Assembly (NCBI GenBank): GCA_964447985.1
Contig: CAYUVE010000002.1
Location: 1-40,471, forward strand
Direction of reading: 5' to 3'
Length of the DNA: 40,471 nucleotides
Source: an uncultured Thiotrichales bacterium
GTDB taxonomy: Bacteria; Pseudomonadota; Gammaproteobacteria; GCA-2400775
The stretch's first letter is position 1; each line of letters begins with the position of its first letter. Below, piece by piece: positions 9,050-19,222 of the stretch. The position numbers and the translations under genes were made by a program. The notes under the pieces were generated by a model. The model had not been told where the DNA came from. It did not search any database and saw only the letters and a program-made list of their open reading frames with translations.

Positions 9050-11601
9050 TAAAGCGTGCGTTGTACAGTGACTCGCTCGTAAACTTCGATTTGGTCACCA
9101 ACCTTCACATCGTTATAATTTTTAACGCCGATACCGCATTCCATGCCATTTTTGACTTCGTTGGCATCATCTTTAAAGCGTCGCAGCGATTCCAGTTCGC
9201 CTTCGTAGATAACGACGTTATCTCGTAACACGCGTATCGGATTGTTACGCTTGACCACACCTTCAGTCACCATACAACCAGCGATAGCACCAAATTTGGG
9301 TGAACGGAACACGTCTCTCACTTCAGCCAAACCAATAATGTCCTCGCGCACATCTGGTGATAACAAACCAGATAAAGCCGCCTTCACATCATCTATTACT
9401 TCATAAATGATGCTGTAATATTTGAGCTCCATAGAAGCTTCTTGGCATAAACGTCTTGCCGTGGCATCAGCACGAACATTAAAACCGATTACGACAGCTT
9501 CAGATGCTAAGGCTAAGTTAACATCGGACTCATTAATCCCACCAACTCCGCTTGCGATAATCTTAACTTCTACTTCATCGTTCGAGAGTTTTGTTAAAGA
9601 GTCTTTTAAAGCTTCGACAGATCCCTGTACGTCAGCCTTGAGCAAAATATTGAGAGTGCTAACGTCTTCTTTACCCATGCGATTAAACATGTCATCAAGA
9701 CGCGCAGCTTGCTGCTTAGCGAGTTTAAGATCTCGGTCTTTACCTTGACGTGATTCAGCAATTTCACGCGCAACACGCTCTTCCGCAATCGATACCGCAT
9801 CATCGCCCGCGTTCGGCGCACCAGACAAACCTAAGACAACAGCAGGTGTAGAAGGCCCTGCTGAATCAACAAGCTTACCGTGCTCATCATACATCGCTCG
9901 AACAGACCCGTATTCATTACCACAAAGCAGGATATCGCCTTTATTCAACGTCCCACTTTGGACGAGTATGGTTGCAACCGGGCCGCGGCCACGATCTAAG
10001 GTCGATTCGATTACGACACCATTAGCACGTTGATCGACGGCAGCGGTTAATTCCATCAACTCGGCTTGTAATAATACCGAGTCAAGTAAAGCGTCAACAC
10101 CCTCACCAGTCACCGCCGAAACGTTAACAAAGATCACATCACCGCCCCAGTCCTCAGGTATCACCTCATGAGTACCGAGCTCTTGTTTGACACGATCCGG
10201 GTTAGCTTCTTCTTTATCAATTTTATTGACCGCAACGACCATCGGCACACCAGCAGCTTTGGAATGCTGAATCGCTTCGATAGTTTGTGGCATAACACCA
10301 TCGTCAGCGGCAACGACAAGAATAACTATATCAGTCGCCTGTGCACCACGTGCACGCATTGCTGTAAAGGCAGCGTGACCTGGTGTATCAAGAAATGCAA
10401 TCGTACCTTTATCTGTTGTAACGCGATAAGCACCGATATGCTGAGTGATCCCCCCAGCCTCTCCTGCTGCCACTTTACTACGTCGAATATAATCTAATAA
10501 CGAAGTCTTACCATGATCGACGTGACCCATAATGGTCACTACAGGCGCACGTGGTTTTTTCTCAGCATCACTATCATCAACCGCTAGAACCGATTCCTCA
10601 AGCTCCGCTTCGTTAACCATCTTCGGAGTATGACCCATATCCTCAACAACAATCGCTGCCGTATCTTGATCCAACACCTGGTTGATTGTTGCCATAGTGC
10701 CGTTAGTCATCAAATATTTAATGACTTCAGCAGCCTTAACTGCCATACCTTGGGCCAAATCAGATACCGTAATAGTTTCTGGGATAGTTACCTCACGCTT
10801 AACCGGCGCAGTAGGCATTTCGAAACCATGCTTGGTCTCGCCGCTTGTTACGGCTGGGCGTGGCTTACGTACGGCCTTACGTTTACGAGCGACTTTATCG
10901 CTAGCAATATGTAATTCTTTTTCTTCGTGCTTACTACCTTTACCGCGTTTTTTCTCTTTACGCTCTTTCTTTTCACTGGGCGGTGGTGGCGCGGCAACTT
11001 CTGCAGCAGGTTCAGTAGGCACAGGCGGATCGATGACTTTAGGCGCATCGTCTGACTTAGCCTTAGTCTTCGAGACCGCTTTTTCTGCTTCCTTCTTAGG
11101 AGCCTCTTCTGCACGAGTTTCTTTTGGTTTTTCCTCAACCTTTACTTCTTCCTTCTTAACAACTGGCGGCGGAGGTGGTGGCGCAGTTTCTTCGATTTCT
11201 CGCTGTCTTTCTTCTTTCAAAGACTTAAGTCGTTCTTCTTCCTCAGCTAACACCTCTTCACGTTTAACGTAAGTCCTCTTTTTACGGACTTCGACATTAA
11301 TCGTTCGGCTACGATTTTGTGGGGTTGCTCGCCCTCCAGCACTTGGACGAGGTGTGGCGACAGTTTGTTTGATTTCACTAACTGTTTTACGCTTAAGCGT
11401 AATACGACTAGGACCGGATTCCTTTTTGCCTTTAGCGCCATGAAGATCACGCAAATAGGTTAGTAAAGCTGTTTTTTCTTTATCCGAAATCGTGTCATCA
11501 GCACTATTGATATCAATGCCAGCGCTACTGAGTTGCGAGAGCAGACGGTCAACGGGTATTTTGACAACGTCAGCAAATTCTTTTACGGTTACATCAGCCA
11601 T
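9049..11601 (-). CDS. infB: Translation initiation factor IF-2
   Basis: [35 protein letters not shown]-domain motifs; C-terminal [12 protein letters not shown]. Confidence 0.99.
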   Translation of the reverse strand: MADVTVKEFADVVKIPVDRLLSQLSSAGIDINSADDTISDKEKTALLTYLRDLHGAKGKKESGPSRITLKRKTVSEIKQTVATPRPSAGGRATPQNRSRTINVEVRKKRTYVKREEVLAEEEERLKSLKEERQREIEETAPPPPPPVVKKEEVKVEEKPKETRAEEAPKKEAEKAVSKTKAKSDDAPKVIDPPVPTEPAAEVAAPPPPSEKKERKEKKRGKGSKHEEKELHIASDKVARKRKAVRKPRPAVTSGETKHGFEMPTAPVKREVTIPETITVSDLAQGMAVKAAEVIKYLMTNGTMATINQVLDQDTAAIVVEDMGHTPKMVNEAELEESVLAVDDSDAEKKPRAPVVTIMGHVDHGKTSLLDYIRRSKVAAGEAGGITQHIGAYRVTTDKGTIAFLDTPGHAAFTAMRARGAQATDIVILVVAADDGVMPQTIEAIQHSKAAGVPMVVAVNKIDKEEANPDRVKQELGTHEVIPEDWGGDVIFVNVSAVTGEGVDALLDSVLLQAELMELTAAVDQRANGVVIESTLDRGRGPVATILVQSGTLNKGDILLCGNEYGSVRAMYDEHGKLVDSAGPSTPAVVLGLSGAPNAGDDAVSIAEERVAREIAESRQGKDRDLKLAKQQAARLDDMFNRMGKEDVSTLNILLKADVQGSVEALKDSLTKLSNDEVEVKIIASGVGGINESDVNLALASEAVVIGFNVRADATARRLCQEASMELKYYSIIYEVIDDVKAALSGLLSPDVREDIIGLAEVRDVFRSPKFGAIAGCMVTEGVVKRNNPIRVLRDNVVIYEGELESLRRFKDDANEVKNGMECGIGVKNYNDVKVGDQIEVYERVTVQRTL

Positions 11602-11607
11602 AGGTGC

Positions 11608-13107
11608 TTAACTTTCCTCCTCAGCAAACCATGGCGCACGTGCCGCCATAATCAGTTCCGCAGCGCGCTCAGCACTTAAGTCCTCTATTTCTGTTAGCTC
11701 ATCAACAGATTGCTCGGCTAAGTCTTCCTGCGTAATAATACCGCGACCTGCCAATATATGAGCCAGACGTTCATCCATTCCATCAAGTTCTAACAAATCT
11801 TGTGCGGGTTCTGCTGACGAAAAAATCTCTTCATCTGCGATTGCCTTGGTAATCAAAATGTCGCGAGAACGACGACGAAGCTCTTCAACGGTTTCTTCGT
11901 CGAATTCTTCAATTGCATTCATTTCAGACTCAGGCACATAGGCAATCTCATCCAGGCTGGTAAAGCCTTCCTGAACCAAGATCATGGCAACATCATCGTC
12001 TACATTGAGCTGCTCAACGAACATCGCTTGCGTGGCCTCTGCCTCCGCCTCACCTTTCAACTGCGCATCCGTCTCGGTCATGACATTAAGTTCCCAGCCA
12101 GTTAATTGGCTAGCTAACCTTACATTTTGACCACCACGACCAATAGCTTGTGAAAGATTTGCCTCACTCACCGCGATATCAATTGAGTTCGAATCTTCAT
12201 CAACGACAATTGACGTCACATCTGCGGGCGCCATGGCGTTAATAACAAATTGGGCTGGATTTTCGTCATGCAAAATAATATCAATGCGCTCACCGGCAAG
12301 CTCGTTTGAAACCGCCTGAACACGCGAGCCTCTCATACCGACACAAGCACCAACAGGATCGATTCGCGAATCATGTGAACGAACAGCGATTTTTGCTCGC
12401 GAACCTGGGTCACGCGCCGCACCAATAATTTCTATTAACTCTTCGCCAACTTCAGGCACTTCAAGCTTAAACAACTCAATCAACATTTCTGGGGCAACGC
12501 GACTAACAAATAATTGCGGACCACGCACCTCAGCACGAACTTCTTTTAGATAACCTCGGATTCGATCACCTGTGCGCACAGCTTCTCGTGGCACCAGGTC
12601 TTCTCTCAAAATTATCGCTTCGGCATTACCACCGAGATCCATAATGACATTGCCGCGATCAACACGTTTGACTACGCCATTAAGCAATTCCCCAACGCGA
12701 TCTTTATAAGCATCTAGTACTTGTGCGCGTTCGGCTTCACGTACCTTTTGCACAATAACTTGTTTTGCTGTTTGTGCAGCAATACGGCCAAACTCTACCG
12801 ATTCCATAGGCTCTTCGATATAGTCACCGACGGCAACATCAGCGTTCTTTTCCTGTGCCTCTGATAAGATTATCTGCTGATCAGGCAATTCGAATTCTTC
12901 GCTATCATCTTCAAGAACTAGCCAACGGCGAAACGTTTCATAATCACCTGTTTGGCGATCGATACTTACCCGTGCTTCGATATCAAGCCGATTACGTTTC
13001 TTAGTCGCTGTTGCTAAAGCAAGCTCTATCGCTTCAAAAATGATGTCTTTGCTAACACCACGTTCATTTGAAACAGAATCTACAACCAACAAAATCTCTT
13101 TGTTCAT
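11608..13107 (-). CDS. nusA: Transcription termination/antitermination factor NusA
   Basis: [48 protein letters not shown], acidic repeats, ARAPWF C-terminus. Confidence 0.98.
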   Translation of the reverse strand: MNKEILLVVDSVSNERGVSKDIIFEAIELALATATKKRNRLDIEARVSIDRQTGDYETFRRWLVLEDDSEEFELPDQQIILSEAQEKNADVAVGDYIEEPMESVEFGRIAAQTAKQVIVQKVREAERAQVLDAYKDRVGELLNGVVKRVDRGNVIMDLGGNAEAIILREDLVPREAVRTGDRIRGYLKEVRAEVRGPQLFVSRVAPEMLIELFKLEVPEVGEELIEIIGAARDPGSRAKIAVRSHDSRIDPVGACVGMRGSRVQAVSNELAGERIDIILHDENPAQFVINAMAPADVTSIVVDEDSNSIDIAVSEANLSQAIGRGGQNVRLASQLTGWELNVMTETDAQLKGEAEAEATQAMFVEQLNVDDDVAMILVQEGFTSLDEIAYVPESEMNAIEEFDEETVEELRRRSRDILITKAIADEEIFSSAEPAQDLLELDGMDERLAHILAGRGIITQEDLAEQSVDELTEIEDLSAERAAELIMAARAPWFAEEES

Positions 13108-13153
13108 ACCGTATCCTAGTTACCTGCCATAAACAGATAAGAAAAATTCTTCC

Positions 13154-13609
13154 TCAAAACTCTGGCACTAAGCGCGCTTCATTAATCGCGGACCAATCAA
13201 TATCAAAGGCCTCACCATCAACCTCAACCACGACACCCGCTTCGTTAGCCTCAGTCAGTTCACCTTTAAATTTACGCCTACCCAACACCGGAACGGCCAA
13301 TTTCAAACGCACTGTTGCACCAACAAAACGTTCAAATTGCTCTGGCTTAAATAGCGGTCTATCCATTCCGGGCGACGATACTTCTAGAGCGTACGCCTCG
13401 CGTATCGGGTCTTCTACATCCAATACACCACTTACCTGATGACTGACCTTGGCACAGTCATCAACGTCGATTCCTTGCTCAGAATCGATATATATCCGTA
13501 GCACGCGTTGGCCATTTTCGGTCACATACTCTGCACCGACAAATTCATAACCAAGCCCGGCAACCACCGGTTCGATGCACTCGCATACACGCGGTGGCGC
13601 GCTACGCAT
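13154..13609 (-). CDS. rimP: Ribosome maturation factor RimP
   Basis: LRIYID, DDCAKVSHQVSGVLDVEDPI, YALEVSSPGMDRPL; ATG at 13609; upstream of nusA. Confidence 0.96.
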   Translation of the reverse strand: MRSAPPRVCECIEPVVAGLGYEFVGAEYVTENGQRVLRIYIDSEQGIDVDDCAKVSHQVSGVLDVEDPIREAYALEVSSPGMDRPLFKPEQFERFVGATVRLKLAVPVLGRRKFKGELTEANEAGVVVEVDGEAFDIDWSAINEARLVPEF

Positions 13610-13623
13610 AAGCAAAAACCCCT

Positions 13624-13650
13624 AAAACGAAAAATGGGCCTAACGGCCCA
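13624..13650 (-). promoter_or_regulatory. rimP leader hairpin (attenuator-like)
   Basis: Minus strand TGGGCC-GTTA-GGCCCA-TTTTTCGTTTT just upstream of rimP, resembling the gammaproteobacterial rimP leader. Confidence 0.6.
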
Positions 13651-13728
13651 CCTGCAAAACTACTTTAAATCGGCTCTATTATAAAAGAGACGCTCAAATA
13701 TTGGTAGCCAATAAGCATCTACCAATTT

Positions 13729-13817
13729 TGGTAGCGGGGGCTGGCTACCATCGGTACAGACCGCTATTAACGGCTTACGATATAGTCCAGTAGCTATCTA
13801 AACAGCAATACCCCGCG
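13729..13817 (-). pseudogene. tRNA-fMet-like chimera at the metY position (intact acceptor stem and CCA, degenerate D-arm, no anticodon arm); contains a putative att junction
   Basis: Minus strand begins CGCGGGG and ends CCAGCCCCCGCTACCA, as in initiator tRNA (C1:U72 mismatch). The 89-nt sequence lacks CTCATAA and GTTCRA. Confidence 0.75.
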
Positions 13818-13829
13818 TCAAGGCGACGG

Positions 13830-13859
13830 ATTATAGTAGTAGACACACTGAAGTTGCAA
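13830..13859 (-). promoter_or_regulatory. Sigma-70 promoter reading through the tRNA-like element into rimP-nusA-infB
   Basis: Minus strand TTGCAA-N18-TATAAT followed by the GC-rich discriminator CCGTCGCC, 12 nt before CGCGGGG. Confidence 0.7.
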
Positions 13860-13995
13860 TGGTTAGTAGTAGAAACAGGTAATTACCGGATTCACTTAAA
13901 CTAAAAGATGAAGATATTAAAAACTCCTGATATTTTACTAATCTCTATACCTTCAGTATTAGCTTGCCCAATTAGCAGAATCGTTATTTATATAG

Positions 13996-14008
13996 TAAAT
14001 CATTGATT
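13996..14008. promoter_or_regulatory. IHF consensus site near the island end
   Basis: TAAATCATTGATT matches TAAnnnnTTGATW within an AT-rich tract. Confidence 0.45.
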
Positions 14009-14168
14009 TTTAAACAGTTTTATTTTTACGCTATCTGTAAATAATGATTGAATCATTAAGAAATAATCAATATATGTAGCTACCATAAAAACGTTTCATT
14101 AGCTATTTCAGATACTGAGTAGGACTACGAAACCTATTTAAACTGAATACCGGGTGGTTGGATGCAGT

Positions 14169-14194
14169 GTCACTGTCGGCCAATAACGGACATT
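14169..14194 (-). repeat. Left copy of a degenerate inverted motif flanking the RT-SIR2-pAgo cassette
   Basis: Minus strand AATGTCCGTTATTGGCCG.. matches plus strand 19223 AATGTCTGTTTTGGGTCG at 14 of 18 positions. Confidence 0.5.
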
Positions 14195-14223
14195 CCAATA
14201 TTTAGAAAATATCAGAATGCTAC

Positions 14224-15690
14224 CTACATAAAAAGCCTATACGGATAGGTATTACCAGGCAAATCAGGTATGTTAGATATAGTTCTAGCAAGTCGCTGGG
14301 AATAACGTATCGTTACAGGAACAGGGTCATATAGCGCGTCATTATTCCAATCCATTTTTGTTAAAGCTAATGCCTCAAGAGCCATCGCCTCAAGAGAACC
14401 AGAGCCAACATGGCGTTTTAGTAAGAGAGGTTTTGGAATGCTTTTCTTACCTTGATAGTAATTTCCAGTTGAAGAGACACTTGGTGCATTTCCAGCCACC
14501 CATAAAAGCGCGGAACTACCGGTCTGCAATAACACAGTACCTCTGGGTACTGGATATCCGGCAGGCTTAGTGAGCACCCCTACTGATTCTCTTTTGTCAT
14601 CTCCGGACTTAATCAACCAAACACCACGCCAAGTCGATCTACTACTGATTTCGATACATTCGACTTCTTTTACTCCATGTAGCGCATCCAAAGCTCCTTG
14701 CACCTCTTCATCTTTAAATGCAGTAGTTTTATGAATTACTAGTCTTTTCGGTAGTGCTCCCCCATTTCTAGATTGATAAAGGCTTAGGCTTCGCGCAAGA
14801 ACGGCTCGCATATCGTCTCTACTAAGAAAAGGATTCCGTTTTGCTTCGTCTATGTCCTTGACCGGATCACGCGCTTCAAATGCCACAAATTGCATTCCCC
14901 CACCATCCATATCAAAAACCTGGGAACAACAAGTTACATAATGAGATTCCTCAGAAACTTTTTTCAAAGCATACGCTAATCCAATATATGCCGTATCATC
15001 CGGTATACCAGCAATTGGTGCCAATTTCCAAGGAGTCCCGCCAGCCTTAACATAAAGAGCGATCCCCAAACGCCAAGCAATTGAAGCTTTGTAATTGAAT
15101 GAGAAACTTCTATCGTTTATTACCTGTGTCGCAATTGAATAGTGTGCACCTAACGCTTTCAATGCATCATGGGCATCAAAAATTGATGTCTTAGTTACAG
15201 ATGACCATTTGTCTGGAAAATGTACTACCACAACATCAAATAATTCACTAAATGAAGAAAGGTGCTGCATTGCATCTTTCAGTAAAGAAAGTAGGTAAAC
15301 TTGTTGCTCTTCTACTCCATTTGACCCGCCAAGATTATCATCCCATTTTATGTGTACCTTTGCTTCTGCTGATACTAGGGGAACACCGAAGAGACCATGA
15401 AATCCAGGATACTCGGGTACATACTCCTTTCTGTCACTAGACCGATGACTAACCTGAAGGGTTTTCATCAACTCACCAACCTGCTTCCAACTGCTATTAG
15501 GGCAGACTACAGCCACTCTCAACAGGGGCGTATATGTTTTAAACACGGAGCTAGTGTATGGCCCGAATCGACTTAACCCACGCAATGGGTTTGGATCAAC
15601 AGATTCTTTATCCTCAGATGAAAATGATAGCTGTGGCTCATCCAAAAGTGTAAAAGGGGGGAGTTTTGCTGCTGCTTGCGAGTTTTTCAT
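14224..15690 (-). CDS. Short prokaryotic Argonaute (MID + inactive PIWI), SPARSA type
   Basis: N-terminal EPQLSF..NPLRGLSRFGPY; MID motif HDALK; ALYVKAGGTPWKL; AYIGLAYA (no slicer Asp); CCSQVFD; VIHKTT; LTKMDWNN; PVTIRYS; C-terminal YRLFM. No PAZ domain. ATG at 15690 or GTG at 15693, in TAGTGATG with the upstream stop. Confidence 0.93.
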   Translation of the reverse strand: MKNSQAAAKLPPFTLLDEPQLSFSSEDKESVDPNPLRGLSRFGPYTSSVFKTYTPLLRVAVVCPNSSWKQVGELMKTLQVSHRSSDRKEYVPEYPGFHGLFGVPLVSAEAKVHIKWDDNLGGSNGVEEQQVYLLSLLKDAMQHLSSFSELFDVVVVHFPDKWSSVTKTSIFDAHDALKALGAHYSIATQVINDRSFSFNYKASIAWRLGIALYVKAGGTPWKLAPIAGIPDDTAYIGLAYALKKVSEESHYVTCCSQVFDMDGGGMQFVAFEARDPVKDIDEAKRNPFLSRDDMRAVLARSLSLYQSRNGGALPKRLVIHKTTAFKDEEVQGALDALHGVKEVECIEISSRSTWRGVWLIKSGDDKRESVGVLTKPAGYPVPRGTVLLQTGSSALLWVAGNAPSVSSTGNYYQGKKSIPKPLLLKRHVGSGSLEAMALEALALTKMDWNNDALYDPVPVTIRYSQRLARTISNIPDLPGNTYPYRLFM

Positions 15691-15692
15691 CA

Positions 15693-17537
15693 CTATCTGT
15701 CCCTAGTAAAGTAATCATGTAGATGTCCTGGCCTACTCCAAGCAGTCGCACCAGTTAGACAAAAGCTTGCATCGACACCAACATCATCTTGAATTTCAAA
15801 AGCATGCATTTTCCCATCTGAAGATAATGAAAGAATATTTGCCCATTCTTCTATTACTTTTGCCCAGACACTATTGTATCGCTGAGCCCATCGCTCACGT
15901 CTCCAATCAGCAACTGGATCGCTTCGATGAAGCATAGTATTTTTGACTGGAGAATCTTCCCTAGAAAGATCAACAAAAGTAGAAGGTTCAAAAACACACC
16001 ACCAATGCTCGTTGAGTTGCTCTACTTTTATTTTAATGCCCTCACTAAAAAAATGACCTAATTTTGGTACTTGTCCATTAAGTGGTGTCGAATAAGCTCT
16101 TTGTAAGCCACTAAGTATTTTTTGGCGCTCTTTTTTTCTTTCTTTATCATCGCCATCATTTTCTTTTCTTATAAGTATTGCGTGACCTCTATTTCGCAAA
16201 CGTGGAGAGAGCGGGCGGTTTCTGCATAGCGCCTTTATCAAAGCATCATAAATCAATCCATGAGCCCAGCTATCCTTATCCGGTTTTAATTCAATAGTTC
16301 CGTCCAGTTTAGCTCCCAAACTGCCCAATGCTGACAATATTTCTTTATCGGCACCAAATGCTGCTACGGTCTTTCCATTACATGCAGCTAAGGCATATAC
16401 ATTATTCTCTCTAAATAATTCCCTTACTCTTTCTGTTGTTGCTGATTTACTTAAAATAATACGTCTTGCCTTAGTGGGAATTTGACTTATAAAAAGTGCA
16501 GAACAACGAAGAATTGGAAAAGGAAGAGCCTCGTTATCTGGTAGTAAAACATCTTGCAGAATAGGTGTTGGACGTGCCTCAAAGACATGCCCATGAAGTT
16601 CATTTGGCAACTCAAATTGATTTATTAAATCAGAAGAAAATTCATCGAAATTTTGAGATTCAACTATCGCTGTTTCAATACCTTGACTACTCGCCTTTTC
16701 TAAAACTCCAGTAACTGCCGGGAATAAACTGCTTCCCGGTCTGCTTATCCAATATATCCCCCCAGGAAAAGCTTCTGGAGTATCAAGTGCAGTTTCGAGA
16801 ACTTCCATAACCGAGCTATCACGACCACTATAACCTAGAACAATAAGTCCAAATCTGGAGCATGCTTTGCTAAAGACCGCTCTCATTTTCTCATCCTGAG
16901 TAGCCAGTTCTTCCTCAGTATTCTTAAGCTCGATAGATTGATAATCACCATGTAACTTCGCTATAAGAGGCCATGAGGAATCCTTCATGCAACGATCAGC
17001 TCGATCAGCAGAGTCGATTGCAGCTACTACAGGCAGGGCGCGACCCTGATGTTCTAGTAATTGATCAGTTTGGACGACTGCTGTTTCAACTAATGGGTCA
17101 AAATTAGTTGTGAATACACATGGTATTCTCTTCATTGTTATTAGTGACGCAAGTACTCTGTGTCCAAACGAAGGAGTACCTTTTCGAATAGCATTTTCAA
17201 TATACTGTCTACGGTCACTTTCGGTGGGATAAACAGCTTGAAAAGCTGCCGAATATTCTGAAGGGTCATTTAATGGCGGCAGGATACTACGCTTACTAAA
17301 AAATTCATTTATCCTGGCAACCCAAAGTGGATCAGTTGAATCAACCTCTTTTGGAGATAGATTAGTCTCTCGGCAGAATATCTGCGTTTTAAAATCAGTG
17401 ATCATCATATACCCAGTCGGTATGTTTGCCGATGCCGATGATCCAGCTCCTAAGAGCCACGCATATTTTTCAGGCTGAAGAGAAAACCTTGTAGCGAATT
17501 CAGATCCCTTAATTCTTTTGATTACCTTTTCCGTCAA
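15693..17537 (-). CDS. SIR2-APAZ NADase partner of short pAgo
   Basis: WLLGAGSS..IPTG, FTTNFD, KLHGDY and VLGYSGRD SIR2 motifs, then a ~280-aa C-terminal region ending in an RYN..W..W APAZ-like segment. TTG start with SD AAGGA; translationally coupled to pAgo. Confidence 0.9.
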   Translation of the reverse strand: MTEKVIKRIKGSEFATRFSLQPEKYAWLLGAGSSASANIPTGYMMITDFKTQIFCRETNLSPKEVDSTDPLWVARINEFFSKRSILPPLNDPSEYSAAFQAVYPTESDRRQYIENAIRKGTPSFGHRVLASLITMKRIPCVFTTNFDPLVETAVVQTDQLLEHQGRALPVVAAIDSADRADRCMKDSSWPLIAKLHGDYQSIELKNTEEELATQDEKMRAVFSKACSRFGLIVLGYSGRDSSVMEVLETALDTPEAFPGGIYWISRPGSSLFPAVTGVLEKASSQGIETAIVESQNFDEFSSDLINQFELPNELHGHVFEARPTPILQDVLLPDNEALPFPILRCSALFISQIPTKARRIILSKSATTERVRELFRENNVYALAACNGKTVAAFGADKEILSALGSLGAKLDGTIELKPDKDSWAHGLIYDALIKALCRNRPLSPRLRNRGHAILIRKENDGDDKERKKERQKILSGLQRAYSTPLNGQVPKLGHFFSEGIKIKVEQLNEHWWCVFEPSTFVDLSREDSPVKNTMLHRSDPVADWRRERWAQRYNSVWAKVIEEWANILSLSSDGKMHAFEIQDDVGVDASFCLTGATAWSRPGHLHDYFTRDR

Positions 17538-17590
17538 TTTTTATTCCTTAGAGTTTCAGGGCAAGCACCCCCAATATCGACATTTTTTAA

Positions 17591-19165
17591 TTATGGACTA
17601 AATGGGTTTGCCCGCGCCCATCGGGTTATCGCTCGTTCCAATAGGTCAAGTCGAGGTTCTACAGACCGATACCAATGTCTTCTTGCGTCAGCAGGCATAC
17701 AACTTGCCGATAAAAGAACAGCTCGTCGTTGCCAGTGAGGGTGTTCAAATAAAGTACGCCATTGAGATTGAAACCAATGTCTTTGTTCCGATCGGCCCAT
17801 TGCTAAGATTAGCTTTCGTTTACAAGCCTGATCAACCTCTTGGTTGTAAAGACCAACAAACCGTCCTTCATTGTCCCACTCACGAGATTCCGTAAATACA
17901 TGCATAATCCACATTCTGTGATAAGCCAATTCACTAACCATTGAATCTTGTAGCAATGCTAAGAGACGAGCTCCTAACTCAGATCGACTAGTGTCATTTA
18001 AAAATCGCAAACTTTTAAAGTATTGGATGATATCAACGAACGCCGGGATTAATGATTCTAGGTTCGTAAATATATCCTCTACGGCACCGTCATCCCCTAG
18101 TTGCCCAAGCCGTCGAAGACAAAACTTAACAACCGGTATATCTGGCTCATCTGACTCTGCTTCCTCTCGAAGAAGCTCGCCTAAATTTAGTGTGTCTATA
18201 AGTTCTTGCTGCTCTTTATCAAGATCATCATAATCGATCTCCTCGTACCAGCTTTCCATGCCTAACTCCTCGATCAACGCTTGGAATTTTTCATGTAGAG
18301 AGTCCATTTCCCGATCTAATGGCGTTGCCAAGTATTTATGCTTGAAATTATTTGCAGATAGCATTTCTGTTTTCTGTTGCTGTAGTGACAACCCATGATT
18401 GCGAAAAAGTGTCTCCGCCAGAAATGCTATGTGCTGATAAGCTTCTGTCTGAGTGTTAGAAAATATTCTATAGTCATCATTGAATCTAACAAAGTCGATG
18501 CCGTTTGCTAACATCGCCTCATCAACGTCAGCAAGGGTTATTTCAGCAAGTATTCTTGAGGGAGCAGAGCCGACAGGGATGCCAAAAGTTTCAGTTCCGT
18601 TCCAACCTGAAAGTAACCTCATTATGGCAGATATATGATTCGAATTAGTCGTAGCAGCCCGAAGCGCATTTTCGAGTCTATGATGATAAATGCGTGAATA
18701 AAAGTCTGAAATATCACTTACGGCTACAAATGTACTAGTTGGCGCAGCAGCAAGTTTGCTTCGGCACTTATCTAAATATTGTCTATACCCAATATTGGGG
18801 TCAAAAAGCTGTCCTTCTTCGCTGGAATTGACTCTATATGAAAATACAATTTCATCCTGTATGGGAACTCTTCGACTCTCAAGCTCATCTGCTATTTCGT
18901 AGATCAATGCGCTATATATCAGAAAGTCGAGCGGATCAAGTTGAGTAATAGTACGGAAGCCATACTTTGCTTTTGGTGACAACAAAGCTCTTGCTGGGCG
19001 AGTGTCCCAGTCCATGATGTTTTCACCTAACAATTGCGCTTTGACCGCATCCCAGTCATGCTTTAGAGCTTGATATTCAAATGGTGCCGGAAATACATCT
19101 GTATCACCAAGATTTAATGCGTGATTGATAGCCCAATCGTAGCTTTGCTCCCTTAGGGTCAACAT
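17591..19165 (-). CDS. Reverse transcriptase of the UG/Abi (defence-associated) type with alpha-helical repeat C-terminus
   Basis: RT motifs PK..YGFR..TQLDPLD, SDISDFYSRIYHH, GIPVGSAPSRILAE, RFNDDYRIF and GLSLQQQKT, then a Leu/Trp-rich helical tail. ATG at 19165 with SD GAAGGAG gives 524 aa. Subgroup not assignable by eye. Confidence 0.88.
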   Translation of the reverse strand: MLTLREQSYDWAINHALNLGDTDVFPAPFEYQALKHDWDAVKAQLLGENIMDWDTRPARALLSPKAKYGFRTITQLDPLDFLIYSALIYEIADELESRRVPIQDEIVFSYRVNSSEEGQLFDPNIGYRQYLDKCRSKLAAAPTSTFVAVSDISDFYSRIYHHRLENALRAATTNSNHISAIMRLLSGWNGTETFGIPVGSAPSRILAEITLADVDEAMLANGIDFVRFNDDYRIFSNTQTEAYQHIAFLAETLFRNHGLSLQQQKTEMLSANNFKHKYLATPLDREMDSLHEKFQALIEELGMESWYEEIDYDDLDKEQQELIDTLNLGELLREEAESDEPDIPVVKFCLRRLGQLGDDGAVEDIFTNLESLIPAFVDIIQYFKSLRFLNDTSRSELGARLLALLQDSMVSELAYHRMWIMHVFTESREWDNEGRFVGLYNQEVDQACKRKLILAMGRSEQRHWFQSQWRTLFEHPHWQRRAVLLSASCMPADARRHWYRSVEPRLDLLERAITRWARANPFSP

Positions 19166-19222
19166 TTTGAAATCTCCTTCTAGCTTATATATCGAGCACA
19201 CAAACGCTTTGTTTATAATTTC

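Noticed and set aside
10970-11190. Pro- and Lys/Glu-rich low-complexity stretch in IF-2 and an overlapping 196-aa antisense ORF
   Set aside because: A variable linker is normal for the IF-2 N-terminal region, and the antisense ORF is a shadow frame.
13729-13817. Functional tRNA-Met gene
   Set aside because: No CAU anticodon stem-loop and no GTTCRA T-loop; only the acceptor stem and CCA end are intact.
17591-19165. Retron, group II intron or DGR RT
   Set aside because: No VTG motif, no maturase/HNH domain, no template/variable repeat pair or Avd gene, and no msr-msd inverted repeats that I could recognise.
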